From NCBI GenBank assembly GCA_902531885.1, contig CACAFZ010000002.1, positions 41,247-105,246 on the forward strand: a stretch of 64,000 bases of DNA. Direction: 5' to 3'. Source of the stretch: an uncultured Pelagibacteraceae bacterium (GTDB taxonomy: Bacteria; Pseudomonadota; Alphaproteobacteria; Pelagibacterales; Pelagibacteraceae). The position numbers and the translations under genes were made by a program. Below are positions 59,734 to 64,000 of this stretch, piece by piece; position 1 is the stretch's first letter; every line of letters begins with the position of its first letter. The notes below the pieces were generated by a model that worked only from the letters and a program-made list of their open reading frames with translations, had not been told where the DNA came from and ran no database searches.

Positions 59734-62700
59734 TGATGAGTAAAAATTTAAGAATAGCAAATAGCAATTTTATTGATCAAACATCTAGAATATCTTTTAA
59801 GTTTGATGGTAAAATTTTATATGGATTTAAGGGTGATACTTTAGCGTCAGCTTTAATAGCAAATGATATTCACCTTGTCGGAAGAAGCTTTAAATATCAT
59901 CGTCCAAGAGGAATAATGACATGTGGTTCTGAAGAGCCTAATGCAATCGTACAAGTTGGAAATGATGCCTCAATGACAGAACCAAATACAAGAGCAACTG
60001 AAATAGAATTATATGAAGGTTTAGAAGCATCAAGCCAGAACTGTTGGCCAAGTGTTAATTTTGATATAGGTTCCATAAACAATTTTTTCTCCCCTCTTAT
60101 ACCGGCAGCTTTCTATTATAAAACATTCATGTGGCCTGCTAATTTTTGGAAATTATATGAATACTTTATAAGAAAATCTGCAGGTCTAGGCAAATCACCT
60201 ACTCAACCAGATAAAGATATTTATGATCATAGATATTTACACTGTGATGTTTTAGTTATTGGAGGAGGTATATCTGGAATAATTGCTGCTAAAACAGCAG
60301 CTAAGAATAATTTAAATACAGTATTAATAGATGATAAAAATAACTTAGGTGGAACTACTCTTTTCCAACAAAATGAATGCTTTAAAATAAATAACTCTTA
60401 TTCAAATGAGTGGTTAAAAAAAGAAATTGAAACTTTAGATTCAATTAAAAATCTAACTATAAAAACAAGAACAACTTTAGCTGCTTATCATAGTTACAAT
60501 TATCTTTTAGCTAGAGAAAATTTGACTGATCATTTAGATTTAAATGAAAAAAAAGATAAAATTCGTCAAAGACTTTGGAAAATCAGGGCAAAAAAAGTAA
60601 TAATAGCTACAGGAGCAATGGAAAGACCATTGATTTTTAACAATAATGATAGGCCTGGTATTATTCTTTCATCTTCAATCAAAAAGTACATAGATTACTA
60701 TGGGGTTAAATGTGGACAAAAAATATCTTTATTTACAAATAATGACTCAGCTTATGAAACTGCAATCTCTTTAAGTAACAGTGGTGTAAGTATTAATTCA
60801 GTAATAGACATAAGGGACAAAAGTAATTCATTGATTGTAAAACAGGCAGAAAAATTAGGTATTAAAATACATTGGAAACACACTGTTGTTAATACAAATG
60901 GTTACAAGAAAATTAATTCTATTGAAATTATGAAATTATCTGATGATGGTACTGCTGTTGTAGGAAAAAAAATAAAAGATGAATGTGACTGTTTGGGTAT
61001 TTCGGGTGGCTGGACACCAAGAGTACATTTGTTTACACAGTCTGGCGGTAAACTTAAATTCAGAGATGTAGATAATGTTTTTTTACCAGATAAATCAGAG
61101 TTGGATCAAATAAGTATTGGATCTTGTAATGGTGATTTAGAACTTGATGAAGTAATTAAAAATTCAGTTAATTCAATCAATAAATTTTTAAACGTTAATA
61201 ATAATGATTATAAAAATTTAGAAATTATTTCCTCAAAAGAAATTGATAAAAAAAATATTTGGCTACTTCCATCTGATAAACCTTTTGGAAAAACGAAACC
61301 ATTTTTAGATTTTCAAAACGATTCTACTGCAAATGATATAAAATTAGCATTAAGAGAAGGTTTTAAATCAATTGAACATGTAAAAAGATATACAACAACG
61401 GGTATGGCTACTGACCAAGGAAAATTGTCTAACATGCATGCTCTTGGAATTGTAGCTGAAACTGCCAACCTTAAAATGGGTGAATTGGGAACAACTACAT
61501 TTAGACCACCTTATACGCCATTAACTTTTGGTGCGATTGTTGGAAGAAATGTTGGTAAATTTTTTGATATCACAAGAAGAACTCCTATACATGATTGGCA
61601 CGTTAAGTGTAATGCAGAATTTGAAAATGTAGGACAATGGAAGAGAGCTTGGTACTATCCAATAGAAAACGAAAGTATGCATGAAGCTGTACAAAGAGAA
61701 AGTAAAGCAGCTAGAGATAGCGCTGGCATTCTAGATGCTTCTACTCTTGGAAAGATTGATATTCAAGGAAGTGATGCATCAGAGTTTTTAAATAGGATTT
61801 ATACAAATGCTTGGTCAAAATTAGAAATTGGTAAATGTAGATATGGTCTTATGCTTAATGAAGATGGAATGGTTTATGATGATGGTGTTACAACAAGATT
61901 AGGTGAAAATCATTATATAATGACTACTACAACAGGTGGTGCAGCAAATGTGCTTGGAAAATTAGAAGATTATTTGCAAACAGAATGGCCCGAATTAGAT
62001 GTTTATTTAACTTCTGTAACAGATCATTATGCAACTGTTAGCATCTGTGGACCAAATTCAAAAAAAATTCTTTCAAAAGTAATTCCTGATTTAAATTTAT
62101 CAGATAAAGAATTTCCTCATATGTCTTTTAAAAATGCATTAATAGATAATATAAAATGTAGAGTAATGAGAATTAGTTTCACCGGTGAACATAGTTATGA
62201 AATTAATATTCAATCGTCATATGGTAAATCTCTTTGGGAGAAATGCTTTGAGGCTGGAAAGGAATTTGATATTACACCTTATGGTACTGAAACTATGCAC
62301 CTACTTAGAGCTGAAAAAGGATTTATAATTGCTGGACAAGACACTGACGGCACGATGACACCTGTAGATTTACAAATGGACTGGATAATTAGTAAGAAAA
62401 AATATGATTTTATTGGAAAAAGATCATTATACAGAAGTGATACAATTAGAGATGATAGAAAACAACTTGTTGGGTTATTAACAGATGATCCAAATGAAGT
62501 TTTAGAGGAAGGTGCACAAATAGTTTTAGAAACAAAAAAACAACCAATAGTAATGCTAGGTCATGTCACTTCCAGTTATTTTAGTCCAAATTTAAATAAA
62601 TCAATCGCACTTGCAGTAGTAAAAAATGGTAAAAAATTAAAGGGACAAAAAATGTTTGTACCTATGAAAAACAAAACTATTAATGTTACCATAACAGACA

Positions 62701-62741
62701 CTGTTTTTTTTGACAAAGAAAATAAGAGGTTAAATGCTTAA
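59733..62741 (+). CDS. soxA: sarcosine oxidase subunit alpha
   Basis: GDTLASAL, RSFKYHRPRG and KRYTTTGMATDQGK; GcvT-like C-terminal half. Confidence 0.96.
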   Translation: MMSKNLRIANSNFIDQTSRISFKFDGKILYGFKGDTLASALIANDIHLVGRSFKYHRPRGIMTCGSEEPNAIVQVGNDASMTEPNTRATEIELYEGLEASSQNCWPSVNFDIGSINNFFSPLIPAAFYYKTFMWPANFWKLYEYFIRKSAGLGKSPTQPDKDIYDHRYLHCDVLVIGGGISGIIAAKTAAKNNLNTVLIDDKNNLGGTTLFQQNECFKINNSYSNEWLKKEIETLDSIKNLTIKTRTTLAAYHSYNYLLARENLTDHLDLNEKKDKIRQRLWKIRAKKVIIATGAMERPLIFNNNDRPGIILSSSIKKYIDYYGVKCGQKISLFTNNDSAYETAISLSNSGVSINSVIDIRDKSNSLIVKQAEKLGIKIHWKHTVVNTNGYKKINSIEIMKLSDDGTAVVGKKIKDECDCLGISGGWTPRVHLFTQSGGKLKFRDVDNVFLPDKSELDQISIGSCNGDLELDEVIKNSVNSINKFLNVNNNDYKNLEIISSKEIDKKNIWLLPSDKPFGKTKPFLDFQNDSTANDIKLALREGFKSIEHVKRYTTTGMATDQGKLSNMHALGIVAETANLKMGELGTTTFRPPYTPLTFGAIVGRNVGKFFDITRRTPIHDWHVKCNAEFENVGQWKRAWYYPIENESMHEAVQRESKAARDSAGILDASTLGKIDIQGSDASEFLNRIYTNAWSKLEIGKCRYGLMLNEDGMVYDDGVTTRLGENHYIMTTTTGGAANVLGKLEDYLQTEWPELDVYLTSVTDHYATVSICGPNSKKILSKVIPDLNLSDKEFPHMSFKNALIDNIKCRVMRISFTGEHSYEINIQSSYGKSLWEKCFEAGKEFDITPYGTETMHLLRAEKGFIIAGQDTDGTMTPVDLQMDWIISKKKYDFIGKRSLYRSDTIRDDRKQLVGLLTDDPNEVLEEGAQIVLETKKQPIVMLGHVTSSYFSPNLNKSIALAVVKNGKKLKGQKMFVPMKNKTINVTITDTVFFDKENKRLNA

Positions 62742-63294
62742 TTATAATTCTACAATTATTGAGGCAAAAGAATTCTCTGATATAAAAATTTCTGAGGTTG
62801 AACCTACTCTTAAAATAAATTTAAGGGGAAAAAATAGGGATTTTGTAACTAAGATAGGAAAGGAATTATCAATAATACTTCCCACAGATCCCAATACATC
62901 GTCGGGCAATAAAGAGTTAAATTTACTGTGGTTAAGTCCAGATGAATGGCTAATTTATTCAAATGATAAAAATAACTTGAAAACTATTAATTCTTTAGAA
63001 GATAAACTTTTTAACGATATATCTAAAACAAAACTTGGTTCGGTAACAAATGTAACAGATCATTGGATAATGATTAATTTGAAAGGTCCAAAAATTTTTG
63101 ACATGCTTTCTGCAGGATGTCCGTTTAATTTTAATAAATTTAAAGATTCCAAAGGTGCTGTTACGCAAACATTGCTAAACCATGTAGACGTAATCATTCA
63201 TAATAAAGATATAAATAATTTAAATTTATTTGTTAGAAGATCTTTTTCAAATCATCTATGGTTATGGATGAACGACAGCGCTAGATTTGTTTAA
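62734..63294 (+). CDS. soxG: sarcosine oxidase subunit gamma
   Basis: WLSPDEWL and VRRSF..LW.W motifs. Confidence 0.93.
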   Translation: MLNYNSTIIEAKEFSDIKISEVEPTLKINLRGKNRDFVTKIGKELSIILPTDPNTSSGNKELNLLWLSPDEWLIYSNDKNNLKTINSLEDKLFNDISKTKLGSVTNVTDHWIMINLKGPKIFDMLSAGCPFNFNKFKDSKGAVTQTLLNHVDVIIHNKDINNLNLFVRRSFSNHLWLWMNDSARFV

Positions 63295-64000
63295 TTTTTT
63301 GTTAAAATAATAAATCACAAATAGTAAATAAGATATCGAGAAAAACCAATTAATTATAACCCATATCCAGAAAAAAGTTTCAAAACTAGCACCATAATGT
63401 CTTGCTAAATAAAATACGATAATAGGATTTAATACATTTCTGAAAAAATTTGAAATCATAGCGTACTCAGATTTTTTTAAAGCCATAAACAAACCATTTG
63501 ATAGAAAAAAAACTGGATAAGCTGGCAATACAAAAGCTGATATTTTTAAATATCTTCCTCCATATTCTATAACATCTAGGTTGCTTGAAAAAATGCTTGT
63601 AATCATGCTTGCGGTGATAAAAACAAATATTCCCGAAATGATCATTATGATGAAAGCGTATTTTATAGCCGTAAAGTAAGTTTCCTTTATTCTATCTATA
63701 TATTTAGCACCGTAATTCTGAGCTATGATGGATATTATAGCAGTATTAATTCCTAAAATAGGAAGAAGAACCACCTGCTCTATTCTTGTTCCAGCTCCGT
63801 ACCCAGCTACAGCATATTCGCCTGACAGACCAACGTAAGTAAAAATAATTGCAGAAGCCAAAGCATAGCCACAAATCGATATAGTTATAGGCATAGATTG
63901 AAAAAAAATATTTTTCAAATAGAAAAGTTTTGGAACTAAATAATCTTTAGTTATATATTTAATTCTGCTATTTTTGAGAACTTTAAACAATATGATAATA
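63262..64000 (-). CDS. MATE family efflux transporter, 5'-truncated by window edge
   Basis: AVAGYG...RIEQ and AQNYGAK motifs; multi-TM. Confidence 0.85.
   Translation of the reverse strand, partial: IIILFKVLKNSRIKYITKDYLVPKLFYLKNIFFQSMPITISICGYALASAIIFTYVGLSGEYAVAGYGAGTRIEQVVLLPILGINTAIISIIAQNYGAKYIDRIKETYFTAIKYAFIIMIISGIFVFITASMITSIFSSNLDVIEYGGRYLKISAFVLPAYPVFFLSNGLFMALKKSEYAMISNFFRNVLNPIIVFYLARHYGASFETFFWIWVIINWFFSISYLLFVIYYFNKKLNKSSAVVHP

Overview
Very AT-rich, gene-dense alphaproteobacterial chromosome segment. Gene order, tiny intergenic spacers and a SAM-V riboswitch before metY point to Pelagibacterales (SAR11). Most of the window is core genome: dacA-tmk-holB-metG-tatD, nhaA, glpX, hom/argC, rplM-rpsI, plsX, hppA, the rib operon, glyA, hemB, spoT-pyrE-pdxJ-acpS-lepB-rnc-recO, smpB, dapA, soxBDAG and three intact tRNAs. 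Three things stand out. (1) A 9,596 bp integrative element (7721-17356) sits in tRNA-Pro(TGG) in the reverse of the usual orientation, so the element supplies the 5' half of the tRNA and a new promoter. It encodes a tyrosine integrase, an excisionase-like HTH protein and its own family A DNA polymerase, with no recognisable primase, helicase, capsid or conjugation genes. It also carries repeated TACCACG operator-like boxes, GCCCCCAA arm sites and a strong CCWGG excess, which fits a candidate PolA-based phage satellite. (2) A Cre-like tyrosine recombinase has a loxP/dif-like palindrome 3 bp upstream of its start codon, where gene orientation converges (putative replication terminus). This is a candidate single-recombinase dimer-resolution system. 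(3) A GC-rich structured ncRNA with a kissing-loop pseudoknot lies upstream of an MGMT gene. All calls come from reading the sequence; no searches were run and motif counts were made by eye.
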